A stretch of 64,000 nt of DNA from a bacterium (GCA_963669175.1 OY769902.1:1743515-1807514), one strand, 5' to 3'. Shown: positions 29,946-40,414, numbered from the stretch's first letter. The notes: generated by a model from the sequence alone, not told the origin. Program-made: numbers and translations.

Positions 29946-31361
29946 TTAAATGTCGTAATACAGCTCAAACTCCCACGGATGCGGCCGTTGACGAAGCGCG
30001 TTCACTTCACGGTCGCGTTTGTACCAGATCCAGGTATCTACAACATCCTCCGTGAACACATTCCCCTTGTACAGGAAGTCCTGATCGGCTTCAAGGGCGT
30101 CAAGCGCATCGGCCAGTGTCGGCGGGGTTTCCGGCACATTGTCCAGCTCTTCCGGTTCCAGGTCATACATGTTCTTGTCCAGCGGATCGCCGGGATGGAT
30201 GCGGTTCTGGATGCCGTCAAGCCCGGCCATCAGCATGGCGCTGAAGGCAAGGTAGGGATTGCAGGAGCTGTCCGGGACACGGAACTCCACACGTTTCGCC
30301 TTCGGACTGTTGGAATACATGGGAATCCGGATTGCCGCGCTACGGTTACGTTGGCTGTAGGTCAGGCGTGTCGGCGCTTCGAAGCCGGGAATCAGGCGCT
30401 TGTAACTGTTCGTGGTTGGGTTGGTGAAGGCGCACAACGCCGGGGCATGCTTCAGGATACCGCCAATGAAATGCAGCGCCATCTCCGACATGCCGGCATA
30501 ATGATCACCGGCGAACAGAGGAGTTTCCCCGTTCCACAGGCTCATGTGAACGTGCATTCCGCTGCCGTTATCGCCATAGATCGGTTTCGGCATGAAGGTC
30601 GCGGTTTTGTTATGACGGTGCGCGACATTCTTGACCACATATTTGAAAAGCTGCAGGTTGTCCGCCATACGGAGCAGCGGGCTGAACTGCATGTCAATCT
30701 CGCCCTGTCCACCGGTCGCGACTTCATGGTGATGCGCTTCAACCGTGATATTCAGCGATTCAAGAATCATCGCCATTTCGCTACGCAGATCCTGGGTGGC
30801 ATCCTGCGGCGGTACCGGGAAATAGCCCTCTTTGTAACGTGGTTTGTACCCAAGGTTCGGGTTCTCTTCCCGCCCGGAATTCCAATGTCCTTCAACAGAA
30901 TCGATGTGGAAATAGCCTTCATGAGCGTTCTGGTCATAACGAATATCGTCAAAGATGAAAAACTCCGCTTCCGGGCCGACAAACACCGTGTCCGCCTGTC
31001 CCAGGGAACGCATGTACTCCTCGGCTTTGCGTGCGAGGGTACGTGGGCACTTGCTGTACGGCAGCATGGTTGTCGGTTCAATGATATCGCAGAACAGGAT
31101 CAGGGTTGGAGTGGAGGCGAAGGGATCGAGTACGGCTGTGGAAGCGTCAGGACGCACCAGCATGTCGGACTCGTTGATCTGCCGCCAGCCACGGATGCTG
31201 CTGCCGTCGAAACCGTAGCCCGACTCAAAATCCTCATGCTTCAATCGACCGACCGGGATGGTGAAATGCTGCCATAATCCGGGGAAATCCATGAAACGAA
31301 GATCGACCATGGTGATGCCACGGCTCTTGATCAATTCGAACAGATCATGAATCAGATCCAT
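29946..31361 (-). CDS. glnA: glutamine synthetase, type I
   Basis: GS signature regions ([34 protein letters not shown]). About 470 aa from ATG 31361 (MDLIHDLF...), preceded by AGGAGAAGA. Confidence 0.9.
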   Translation of the reverse strand: MDLIHDLFELIKSRGITMVDLRFMDFPGLWQHFTIPVGRLKHEDFESGYGFDGSSIRGWRQINESDMLVRPDASTAVLDPFASTPTLILFCDIIEPTTMLPYSKCPRTLARKAEEYMRSLGQADTVFVGPEAEFFIFDDIRYDQNAHEGYFHIDSVEGHWNSGREENPNLGYKPRYKEGYFPVPPQDATQDLRSEMAMILESLNITVEAHHHEVATGGQGEIDMQFSPLLRMADNLQLFKYVVKNVAHRHNKTATFMPKPIYGDNGSGMHVHMSLWNGETPLFAGDHYAGMSEMALHFIGGILKHAPALCAFTNPTTNSYKRLIPGFEAPTRLTYSQRNRSAAIRIPMYSNSPKAKRVEFRVPDSSCNPYLAFSAMLMAGLDGIQNRIHPGDPLDKNMYDLEPEELDNVPETPPTLADALDALEADQDFLYKGNVFTEDVVDTWIWYKRDREVNALRQRPHPWEFELYYDI

Positions 31362-31407
31362 CTGTCTTCTCCTTCTATGTTCGCTTTTTCTTTTCCGACC
31401 TTTGGGA

Positions 31408-31578
31408 CTCACAGGATATTAGGATGATAGGATGATAAGGATAAGGCGAAAAGTTCTATTGAAAAGAAAAGATTTTCATTTGATCTTTCAAAAGTAAATA
31501 ATAAATAATTGATTACAGGGTTCTTGCTAATATTTTGTATCCTTGATATCCTTCTATCCTATCATCCTGTGCGACATG
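31408..31578. promoter_or_regulatory. glnA upstream module: (AGGAT)n array, AT-rich spacer, inverted (ATCCT)n array
   Basis: cacaggatattaggatgataggatgataaggat (31408..31447), AT-rich spacer, then tatccttgatatccttctatcctatcatcctgt (31538..31572). Lies between glnB and glnA. Confidence 0.4.
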
Positions 31579-31580
31579 AA

Positions 31581-31937
<357 letters not shown>

Positions 31938-32996
31938 TTATACTGCGAAACGGATATGCATGATATCGCCATCCTGCACGATATAGGTCTTGCCTTCCAG
32001 ACGTAACAGTCCCTTGTCCTTACACGCGGACATGGAGCCCAATTCAAGCAACGTGGTCGATGGAACCACCTCTGCACGGATGAAGCCACGTTGCAGATCC
32101 GAATGAATCTCGCCCGCCGCTTCCACTGCGGGAAGACCCGAGGTGATCGGCCAGGAACGGCACTCATCATCGCCAACGGTGAAGAATCGGATCAGGCCCA
32201 GCAACTCAAATCCCAATCGGATAACTCGCAGCGACGCAGGTTCGTCAACCCCGAGATCCGCCAGGAAATCGCCACGGTCTTCCGGTTCAAGCTGCGCGAT
32301 TTCCGCTTCGAGTTCCGCGTTCAGGACTTCCAGTCTGCGTTTGATCCCGTTCAAAGTATCGGCCAACGCATCCCGGAGCACTGCGCCATCCTGATGCTCG
32401 CCATGATTGATTACGATCAATATTGGCTTCTGGGACAGGAAAGCATAGGTGCGAAGAACCTTTTCCTCTTCCGGGGCAAATTCCAGCTCGCGTAACGGTT
32501 TTTCTTCGTTCAGAGTATCGAGGCAACGCTGGATGGCCTTCTCTTCGATGGCGTCAACCTTCAGACCACGCTGACGAGACTGCTTGATCTTCTCGGCACG
32601 GTTCTCCGCGGTTTGCAGATCAGAAAGAAGCAGCTCGGCTTCAATATCCTCCACCTGCCTGCGGATATGATTCAGCATTTCGTCTTTGTCGTCACCGAGA
32701 TGGAATGTGCCGATTACCGCCGCCAATACGGTAGCGCCCTGCAGGTGATTAACCATGGAACGCTTGAACCCGGTACGTTCTTCCGTATGCGCCAGTCCCG
32801 CGATATCCAGGTAATTCATCTTGGCAGCGACTTTTTTCGAGCGTGGCCAGAGAGCGTGAAGTTGATCCAGGGTCGCATCTGTAACTTCCGCGACGCCGGG
32901 ATGCGCCTGTGAACCGATATCCGGCTGATCGCCTGTCAACGCCGTAAATAGGGTGGACTTCCCTCCGCCCTGCCACCCGATGAGTGCAATGTGCAT
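31938..32996 (-). CDS. YchF/OLA1-like P-loop ATPase with C-terminal TGS domain (divergent G1 motif)
   Basis: Walker A GWQGGGKST, G3 DIAGL, and a C-terminal motif EGKTYIVQDGDIMHIRF that closely resembles the YchF TGS domain. Confidence 0.65.
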   Translation of the reverse strand: MHIALIGWQGGGKSTLFTALTGDQPDIGSQAHPGVAEVTDATLDQLHALWPRSKKVAAKMNYLDIAGLAHTEERTGFKRSMVNHLQGATVLAAVIGTFHLGDDKDEMLNHIRRQVEDIEAELLLSDLQTAENRAEKIKQSRQRGLKVDAIEEKAIQRCLDTLNEEKPLRELEFAPEEEKVLRTYAFLSQKPILIVINHGEHQDGAVLRDALADTLNGIKRRLEVLNAELEAEIAQLEPEDRGDFLADLGVDEPASLRVIRLGFELLGLIRFFTVGDDECRSWPITSGLPAVEAAGEIHSDLQRGFIRAEVVPSTTLLELGSMSACKDKGLLRLEGKTYIVQDGDIMHIRFAV

Positions 32997-33804
32997 GGTT
33001 GTACTGTTTCCGTTAGCCTGATCAATGTTTAGCGAAAATAAATAATGTAGAGGAGCCTATGATACAAGGCAAGAGGTCAAAAATATTACGTCCCCCGGAT
33101 GAAAAAAGGATCAATCATTCATCCGGTTGAAAATACGCGTTTTGACATGTCGTCCCGTACGGCAAGTTCCTGTCGTCGCATGGGGGGTTAGGGAAATCTA
33201 ATCTCCCTTACTGCAATATGTAACTTAAATATGGGTGCCTCACAATCTTGTGTGTGTATACTATATAGGGCACAAACGCCAAGTGAGTATTCAAGTGACC
33301 CACCTTCGGTGGACATGGATGAAACCTGATCAAACTTTCTGTATTCTTGTTGACTATGGTTGTTTGCCCCGCACGAAACGGCGAGGCACCCCAAAATGAA
33401 TGTTCAAATCATGAGTGAGGTTTGTGGCAGGTATCCTGATCATCATGCTGCTGACAGGGACTTCCTGTTTACAAGATGCTCCTCAAATCCAGTAGTCGTG
33501 AAGGTTTTAGCACGGGGTAACTTGGCTCTCCTGTAATTAGCCTATTCCTCGCGAGACAAACTCTTGATAAGGCAAAAATTGAATATTGTCTTCGTAATTG
33601 TCTATTATTGAATATAGTATCGAAATTCATAATCGGGGATGTAAGATCTCAGCAAACATCTGGTTCTGCCTACTCCAACCTTCCTGAATTGCTCGCCTAT
33701 TGTTTGCATTGTAGATCTACAAGTCTTTAAACTTATAAATACATATGTTAGGAACGGGAAGAGCAACTTTGTCACATTTTTCACAAAGCAGTACAGGAGG
33801 GAGC

Positions 33805-35253
33805 ATGAGATCAGGATGCCTTGTTTTGTTTATCCTTGTCTTTGCATTCGTGATGATCGGGTGTGAAGGGGAGGTTGGGCCCCAGGGACCGGCAGGTCCG
33901 GAAGGCCCGGAAGGAGCGCAAGGCCCGGCGGGTGAAGATGGGCAGGATGGGCAGGGTGTGTATGAGTTTACCTACCTAGGCAATGGTGGCGAAGACTGTA
34001 TGCACTGCCACATGACAACGGTTTCCAACTGGAGCGGCACCAAGCATTACGAAGCTTACGCGGACCTGGATTCGGAAAGTAAGGAAAATCCGTATTGCGT
34101 GAAGTGCCACGTTACCGGTTGGGACAGCGAAGTCGCGTATGGTGATACCGTCATCAATGTATACGGTCCCGATACGACTGGTTTTGATGATTACTGGATG
34201 GTAGAGACCGATGAGGCGGAAGAGCGTCGCATGGCCTTGGCTGGTGTGCAGTGTGAGGCTTGTCACGGTGGCATGGGACCAGACTTCAACGCACATCGTC
34301 CCAATATCAGTTTTGCCACTCATAACGATGAGGATGGTGAATCCTTATCCCTTTGTTCGCCTTGTCACAGCACCCAGTTGAATGAATGGGTGGAATCCGG
34401 GCATGCGGCTGTGCAGGCTTCGTTGACGCCGGAACAGTTTACAGATGAATTCGGACGTTCATCATGCAACCCCTGCCATACCTCGGAAGGTTTCCTTGCC
34501 GCCAATGACCCGGCGTATGCGACCTATGAGTTTGATGAACTGCAATCCTACATCGGTTGTGTGACCTGTCATGATCCGCACTCCAACACCTACGAAGCCC
34601 AGGTGCGCACGGTAGGTGCGGTTGAGACGGTGTACCATCCCGGTTATGAAGATGGCGACCCGGAAGTGGCGACCATGGACGGGTACGGTGTCGGCCAGGT
34701 TTGTGCGCAGTGCCACCACGGACGGCGTGATGCGGACAACGTTGACAGCCAGATTGCAGACGGCTACGCTCACTTCGGTCCGCACGGTTCCCCGCAGATG
34801 GACACCTACATCGGTACCGGTTGTTACGAGATCGAGGACTTCGTCTATGAAGGCAGCCATGCACATCAGTCGATCAGCAACGGCTGCGTAAGCTGTCACA
34901 TGGAACGTGAAGCGATTATCCATGGCGAGCTCCAGGATCACTCGTTCCATTCTTTCACACCGGATGCGGATAACTGCCTGCCCTGCCACAGCATCGAAGA
35001 TTTCGATTACAACGGTGTCCAGACCGAGGTCATGGACAAACTGGATCAATTGGCCCAGGCGCTCGGCTACACAGATCGTGATGATTTCGAAGCCAACTTC
35101 GACAGCCAGGCGGATGGAGTTACCGCTGATGAACGTATGATTGCCTACGCAATGGTGTTCATTCTGAACGATGGCAGCTATGGTGTGCACAATCCTACGT
35201 ACGTGATGGATCTGCTGGACAACGCGATTTCCTATTCGGCAACACTGCCGTAA
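33805..35253 (+). CDS. lipoprotein with collagen-like GXY repeat fused to a nine-heme c-type cytochrome
   Basis: RBS AGGAGGG before ATG 33805. Lipobox VMIGC. Ten consecutive GXY triplets (GEVGPQGPAGPEGPEGAQGPAGEDGQDGQG). Nine CxxCH motifs (CMHCH, CVKCH, CEACH, CSPCH, CNPCH, CVTCH, CAQCH, CVSCH, CLPCH). Confidence 0.75.
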   Translation: MRSGCLVLFILVFAFVMIGCEGEVGPQGPAGPEGPEGAQGPAGEDGQDGQGVYEFTYLGNGGEDCMHCHMTTVSNWSGTKHYEAYADLDSESKENPYCVKCHVTGWDSEVAYGDTVINVYGPDTTGFDDYWMVETDEAEERRMALAGVQCEACHGGMGPDFNAHRPNISFATHNDEDGESLSLCSPCHSTQLNEWVESGHAAVQASLTPEQFTDEFGRSSCNPCHTSEGFLAANDPAYATYEFDELQSYIGCVTCHDPHSNTYEAQVRTVGAVETVYHPGYEDGDPEVATMDGYGVGQVCAQCHHGRRDADNVDSQIADGYAHFGPHGSPQMDTYIGTGCYEIEDFVYEGSHAHQSISNGCVSCHMEREAIIHGELQDHSFHSFTPDADNCLPCHSIEDFDYNGVQTEVMDKLDQLAQALGYTDRDDFEANFDSQADGVTADERMIAYAMVFILNDGSYGVHNPTYVMDLLDNAISYSATLP

Positions 35254-35280
35254 TAGATTGTTCTTATTTTTTGACAAACA

Positions 35281-35318
35281 ACGGGACAGGCCGGTGCTGG
35301 TCTGTCCCGTTGTTCTCC
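35281..35318 (+). terminator. candidate terminator after the cytochrome gene
   Basis: Stem acgggacag / ctgtcccgt with a 12-nt loop, followed by tgttctcc. The U-tract is weak. Confidence 0.35.
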
Positions 35319-35413
35319 CTGATTCATACTGACTCACAGGATGTACAGATGGAGATTTATAGCGATTCCCATTATTATTCCGTCATGTGCAAGATCAGTG
35401 AAAGGTCAACCAT

Positions 35414-35663
35414 ATGGTTGGAATAAAGGATAAGGATATGGAAAAAGGGGACAGTTTCCTTTCCCTGGGGCAAAGCCTTCCCGCTGTGAGCATGGACCGG
35501 GAAAGGTGGCTGTACCCTTTTTCTTGAGAGCAGGCAGGACGTACACGGAAAAGGGTACAGTTTCCTTTTCCACAAGTTCGGCGAGAGTTTTTCATATGCG
35601 CGCGAGGAAAAGGATCCCGTCCCCTTTTCCCGGCAATCCTTATTATGTCGGAATAAAATCGAG
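35414..35663. repeat. repeat family B, copy 2
   Basis: Aligned with 14246..14480 and 44698..44962. Ends in ggaataaaatcgagaa as copy 3 does. Confidence 0.6.
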
Positions 35664-35772
35664 AACAGCAATACAAGATGTACAGGATGTTGAAGGATGA
35701 TCAGGATGGGAAATGATTGCTTGAGATAACTTTAGAATATAGTAGCGTGTCAACTTTTTACCTTTTGCTGTT

Positions 35773-36045
35773 ATCCCCGGCTTCGACCGGGGATCTCGCG
35801 GGATATCGTGTAAAGCCCGTTTGGCACTACTTGTGCGTCGTGGTGTACGTCTAACAGTCGGGATACTGGTAGCGCAACCTCGAGATCCCCGTTCAAGCCG
35901 GGGATGACATGGGGATGGGGGATGGGGATGGGGGATGGGGATGACATGGGGATGGGGATGACATGGGGATGGGGTGGGGATGACATAGGGACTGGGGGAT
36001 GGGGATGACATGGGGATGGGGGATGGGGATGACATGGATATTGGG
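35773..36045. repeat. hairpin repeats (family C) plus G-rich heptamer tandem tract
   Basis: Hairpins atccccggcttcgaccggggat and gagatccccgttcaagccggggatgacat, followed by about 140 bp of GGGGATG/GGGGATGACAT units. The overlapping 173-aa minus-strand ORF is a low-complexity artefact. Confidence 0.7.
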
Positions 36046-36186
36046 AGGACGGATGGCCCGATGCACAGGTGACAATACTTCCATACCAAACGGAGCAGGC
36101 AAACTCTCACAAGAACAAGCCTTACCAGTTGTTCTTCGAGTGCGTCGGGATGAATGAAAAACAATACCTTATAACTTCAAATCAAA

Positions 36187-36876
36187 CTACAATGAAAATC
36201 TGCGTAACCGTTGGAAAACGACCGGCACCAGCAGGATAAACACCAGTGTATTGGTTACCAGGTGCATCACGACAAAGGGCAATCCCAGCAGGAAATACGC
36301 CAGCCAGTTGTGCCAGTGAAGCAGACCTGCGGAGAGTGGGAAGGCCAGGGAGGTCAGGGAATCATAAATGAATGTAAGCAGCAGGCCGAAGCAGCCGCTG
36401 ATAATCACCTGAATTTTCAAAGGGGATTGTTGTAACCACGACCGCAACAAACCGAAAGTCATCCCCATGAGCCCCATTCCGGTTATCTGGGCGGCCCATA
36501 CGGGCGGATAAGGCAGTCCCCAGGCATTCAGACCGCCGTAGATCAACATGGCGAACCCACCGACGACAAAACCACTCGATGCTCCGAGCGTCAAACCGGC
36601 AAGCGCGACGGTAGCGCTGATCAGCTCGAAGTTCGGCACGATCGTCAGCAGGTAGCCGAGGGCCACAGCAGCAGCCGTAAACATGGCAACACGAGCCAGC
36701 AAAACAGCCTGGCTTCTCTTGAACCGTGCCGAATGCTCGAACGGGTCACCGGGGTTGTTGGAATTGTGCTGATTTTCCACGATTTTTCGACCTGGTTTCT
36801 TTTGCATGCCACGCAAAGTTAGGTCCGGCAGAGAAACTTTGCAATCATGCGGGAACCCTCGGAACAGTATATTCAT
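36187..36876 (-). CDS. integral membrane protein, possibly an ECF-transporter S component
   Basis: Five or six hydrophobic helices, Gly-rich. No soluble domain. Start uncertain. Family guess only. Confidence 0.35.
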   Translation of the reverse strand: MNILFRGFPHDCKVSLPDLTLRGMQKKPGRKIVENQHNSNNPGDPFEHSARFKRSQAVLLARVAMFTAAAVALGYLLTIVPNFELISATVALAGLTLGASSGFVVGGFAMLIYGGLNAWGLPYPPVWAAQITGMGLMGMTFGLLRSWLQQSPLKIQVIISGCFGLLLTFIYDSLTSLAFPLSAGLLHWHNWLAYFLLGLPFVVMHLVTNTLVFILLVPVVFQRLRRFSL

Positions 36877-37035
36877 CTAACATTCACTGGAGGAGAAGCG
36901 GCGACTTTCGTCACATGACATTCAGGGCCTTGAGTCCTATATTACGGAGTTGAAGCATTCCTCTAACTCTGGGCCACGTAAATCGGTTCAGAAGGAACTG
37001 AGCGTTTCAGGAATAAGTACAAAAAACACCTTCCA

Positions 37036-38547
37036 TTGGGGATTGAAAGCGAGAAAAGGATGCCAGGGACAGTTCATCAGGAAGCCGGGAAGACAAGATG
37101 CTGTATACGTATTTATAGCACCGTGGGCTTTATGCTCCTGTTGGTGACTGCCATTCTCGTTTCCGGATTAACAATTCCTGTCACCGCACAAGAGGATGAA
37201 GGGTGGGAAGTGTTTATCGTGTCCAAGGACAATGAGACGGATGCGATGTTGTACGCCTCGGTTGTCAGGGAAGAATCCAACTACGACCCTGAGATCGCAC
37301 AGTTTGGCAATGCCTTTCGTCTGATTATTGCAGATTTGCCTACGAGCGCGGAAGCGGAAGAAGTCGCTGCGGAAATGCGTCAGCTTGGTTTTACCCAGGC
37401 ACGTGCTGTCGTTGGGATGCTGGCCCAGCAGCACATGTCAGCGATGGAGGCAGTACAGGCAACGCCACGACCAGCTCCACAACAACCAGCTTCTACACCG
37501 GCCGCTTCGCCTTCACCGCAACCGACTGGGCAGCAGCTACCTGTTGCGACAACGCCACCTCAGAGTACGCCAGCCGTGTCCAGCGCTGCAATCCCGGAAC
37601 CGAGCCCGGAGCCGACAACAGCCGGCGAGACACCGCTGATTGCGATGAGCAACGAAGACAGCATGCAGGATGCCAACCAGAACGCATGGGAAGATCAGCC
37701 TTTAACAGTGCCCACATCCTCACAACAATCACAGGCGCAGCCTCAGACGCAACCACAGCAACAAGCGATACCGACAACGCAGTCTGCGGTTCAACCTGCT
37801 GTGCAACCCAGTGCGCAACCGGTATCACAGCCAACCACAGCGCCGCAAACGCAGGCTGATCCGGAAACACCGTTGAGCAGTCCGTTGTTTGATACACCGA
37901 TATCCCATCGAGATACGGCTGCGAATCAAGCCAATGCCGCCCCAATTGCAGTACCCGTTCAGGAAGAAAAAGAAGAACCTGTTATTACGCCGCCGCCTGT
38001 TGTTCAGCCGGTAGCGCAGAAGCAGCAGGAAAAGCCTGAACCGGAACCGGTGGTGAAGAAAACGCCAGAGCCGACGCCTGCGCCAGCGACCAATCGTAAC
38101 GATGATCAAGGTCCACCGATCAAGTGGGTGCGTGTGACGGATCATGGGGAAGTGGAAGTCCCGCGTGGCCATGCAGAGCTGAATCCTGCGCCTCCGGAAC
38201 GAAGTGTTTCCAGTACGGCACCAGCGCCGACGTCAGCACCGGTAGCCACGAGAAAGCCGCAGCCGGTTACCTCCCCGGATCGCCATCTTCCGCCGCCCAC
38301 TCCTGACGAGGAACTGGCGTGGCGTATCCAGATCATGGCGCTGTTCCAGTCACCATATGAGACGGCTGTGCAGGAGGCGAAACAAGCGGAACGTGACCTT
38401 GGTGTCCCGGTACGGGTGAAAGTGACTGCCGGGGGCGCTTTGCTGCTCCAGGTGGGGAAATACCGTTCTGAGGCCGATGCGATGCGCGCGCTTCCTATCG
38501 TAAAACAACTCGGCTACAAAGACTCATACCTCATTCATACCCGGTAA
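37036..38547 (+). CDS. SPOR-domain protein with long Pro/Gln/Thr-rich linker
   Basis: C-terminal SPOR-like pattern (WRIQIMALFQSPYETAVQEAKQAERDLGVPVRV...LLLQVGKYRSEADAMRALPIVKQLGY). N-terminal SPOR-like segment after a signal/anchor. Central low-complexity P/Q/T/A linker of about 250 aa. True start probably at an internal Met. Confidence 0.65.
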   Translation: MGIESEKRMPGTVHQEAGKTRCCIRIYSTVGFMLLLVTAILVSGLTIPVTAQEDEGWEVFIVSKDNETDAMLYASVVREESNYDPEIAQFGNAFRLIIADLPTSAEAEEVAAEMRQLGFTQARAVVGMLAQQHMSAMEAVQATPRPAPQQPASTPAASPSPQPTGQQLPVATTPPQSTPAVSSAAIPEPSPEPTTAGETPLIAMSNEDSMQDANQNAWEDQPLTVPTSSQQSQAQPQTQPQQQAIPTTQSAVQPAVQPSAQPVSQPTTAPQTQADPETPLSSPLFDTPISHRDTAANQANAAPIAVPVQEEKEEPVITPPPVVQPVAQKQQEKPEPEPVVKKTPEPTPAPATNRNDDQGPPIKWVRVTDHGEVEVPRGHAELNPAPPERSVSSTAPAPTSAPVATRKPQPVTSPDRHLPPPTPDEELAWRIQIMALFQSPYETAVQEAKQAERDLGVPVRVKVTAGGALLLQVGKYRSEADAMRALPIVKQLGYKDSYLIHTR

Positions 38548-38631
38548 AACACTATTGCGCTTTCAACTACGCGCCATTTGCAGGTAGCCCGGCCATGCCT
38601 GGCCGGGAAAATGTCTCTGCGATAACCGCTG

Positions 38632-40065
38632 CTAGAGCAACGGGCTCAGCAGCTTCGCAATCTGCTGGATGATCCGTTTGTAGAAAGGACGTTCCTGCAC
38701 TTGCTTCAGGGTGAGTTCGGTCGAATTCACCAGGTACCATTGACAAATCTCGCCCAAACGCCGGGTCACACGGTCGCTGTAAAAAACCAGGTTGATCTCA
38801 TAGTTCAGGGAGAAGGACCGGATATCAAAATTGCTTGATCCGAAGAAAGTATACGCATCATCAATCATCATGGACTTGGTATGTAGAATCCCCAGATGAA
38901 ATTCGTAGATATGGATATTCTGTTCCAGCAGATATTCGTAGTAGGCTTTCCCTGCCATGTCTACCCAGAAGTGATCCCCACGTTTCGGCACCAGCAGGTT
39001 GACAGTCACCCCACGCAGAGCAGCGGCCTGCATGGCCTGGAAAAAGGGTTCATCGGGAATGAAATACGGTGTTGTTATGGTCACTTCCTTTTGGGCCGTG
39101 TAAAGTGCGGTGACCACCATGCGCTGGTATATCTCCGAATTATAACTCGGGCCGGAGGGAACAACCTGTACATGTGTATTTCCGACAATCTTCGGATCAG
39201 GAAACAGCTCTGGCGCATCGAGCAGGGTTTTGGTTTCGAAGAACCAGTCGGTAAGGAACACCCACTGCAAATCAATCACGGCTGGACCTTCGAGACGGGC
39301 AAACATATCATGCCAGACCTGGTCATGACGACCATAATCCTCATTCGCGATATTCTGTGATCCGGTATAGCCGATTTTGCCATCAATCACGGCAATCTTA
39401 CGGTGATTGCGGAGGTCGATACGGTCCAGTTTACGCCGCAAAAGATGCACCGGCAAAGCGTACTGAAACTCAACCCCGTGTTCGATCAGGTATGCGCCAA
39501 TGGTTTTGTGAAGTTTCGATGATCCCACCGCATCTACCAGAACCCGGCATTTGACGCCGCGTTCGGCTGCGCCAGCCAACGCTTCCGCTACCTGACGCCC
39601 GGATTCGTCGTCCATGAATATATAGAACAACAGGTGAACATGATGAGTTGCGTTTCCAATATCTTCGACCAGCCGTTCAATCGAATCATGGCTGCTGTGA
39701 AACAGTTCGACAGCGTTGCCAAGTCGCACCGGCAAATGGCTCACAGCTTCGGCCAGTTTTGCAACGCCACTGTCTTTGACCACCAGTTCCGGTGGGGCGA
39801 AGGCTGCCTGGTTCTGAAAACGTGTGATCAGGCGGCGGGATTTATCCAGTAGCTGGGCGTGACGGTCTATGCGTCTGCGGGGAAGACGATGGTTCCCGAT
39901 TGCCAGGTACAGGAACAGGCCCGGGTACGGTAGGAACAGAATGATAATCATCCATGGATATACTGTGTTGATCTGACGTCGTCGCATGAGGACGACGATC
40001 ATCACAACACGTATGATCCACTCGGAGATCTCAAACGCTGAATAGAGTAGCGACCAGGTTAACAT
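38632..40065 (-). CDS. cls: cardiolipin synthase (PLD superfamily)
   Basis: Two HKD motifs (HRKIAVIDGKIGYTGSQN and HTKSMMIDDAYTFFGSSNFD) and two N-terminal TM helices. Confidence 0.85.
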   Translation of the reverse strand: MLTWSLLYSAFEISEWIIRVVMIVVLMRRRQINTVYPWMIIILFLPYPGLFLYLAIGNHRLPRRRIDRHAQLLDKSRRLITRFQNQAAFAPPELVVKDSGVAKLAEAVSHLPVRLGNAVELFHSSHDSIERLVEDIGNATHHVHLLFYIFMDDESGRQVAEALAGAAERGVKCRVLVDAVGSSKLHKTIGAYLIEHGVEFQYALPVHLLRRKLDRIDLRNHRKIAVIDGKIGYTGSQNIANEDYGRHDQVWHDMFARLEGPAVIDLQWVFLTDWFFETKTLLDAPELFPDPKIVGNTHVQVVPSGPSYNSEIYQRMVVTALYTAQKEVTITTPYFIPDEPFFQAMQAAALRGVTVNLLVPKRGDHFWVDMAGKAYYEYLLEQNIHIYEFHLGILHTKSMMIDDAYTFFGSSNFDIRSFSLNYEINLVFYSDRVTRRLGEICQWYLVNSTELTLKQVQERPFYKRIIQQIAKLLSPLL

Positions 40066-40125
40066 GATCCGCTCACCATCATCCTGTTCATATATGGTGG
40101 TTCTTCTGTTCCAGCTGATTCGAAT

Positions 40126-40336
40126 AGCAATCAGCCTGCTTCAGCAGGCTCTTCTTAGCACCCGGCTTCAGTCGGGGTGTTCATGGTGACAAAGAAATGA
40201 CGAGCGCCCTTCAGGGTGCTTTCCTGAATCAGGACTTGTACAAGGCAAGCACGCTAAAGCGCGCTCAGAATGATCTCCGCATCTTTACACCCCGGCTGAA
40301 GCCGGGTGCTAAAAAGAGCAGGCTAAAGCCTGCTAA
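40126..40336. mobile_element. MITE-like element (repeat family A, short copy) with terminal inverted repeats
   Basis: Left end agcctgcttcagcaggct-cttcttag-cacccggcttcagtcggggtg. Right end caccccggctgaagccgggtg-ctaaaaag-agcaggctaaagcctgct. Together these form a roughly 45-bp TIR around a 110-bp core. Termini match those of 7020..7634. Confidence 0.55.
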
Positions 40337-40342
40337 AATTGT

Positions 40343-40414
40343 CAGATAGCAGAATGAATTCAGATTGCAGAATGAATTCAGATTGCAGAATGAATTCAGA
40401 TAGCAGAATAAATA
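40343..40414. repeat. tandem array, 4 copies of an 18-bp unit (cagattgcagaatgaatt)
   Basis: Direct head-to-tail repeats immediately right of the MITE-like element. Confidence 0.8.

Noticed and set aside
29934-31277. 447-aa plus-strand ORF
   Set aside because: Antisense to glnA, which has clear GS signatures. Long antisense ORFs are expected by chance in GC-rich coding DNA.
34462-35337. 291-aa minus-strand ORF
   Set aside because: Antisense to the multiheme cytochrome gene. No motif support.
35882-35914. tRNA gene or tRNA 3' fragment
   Set aside because: The T-arm-like hairpin and 7-nt acceptor-like strand are there, but no D-arm, anticodon arm or complementary 5' acceptor strand can be built from the upstream 70 nt.
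35643-36164. 173-aa minus-strand ORF encoding a Pro/Ser/His-rich protein
   Set aside because: It is the translation of the complement of the G-rich GGGGATG tandem tract. The periodicity is at the DNA level, and there is no RBS or context for a gene.
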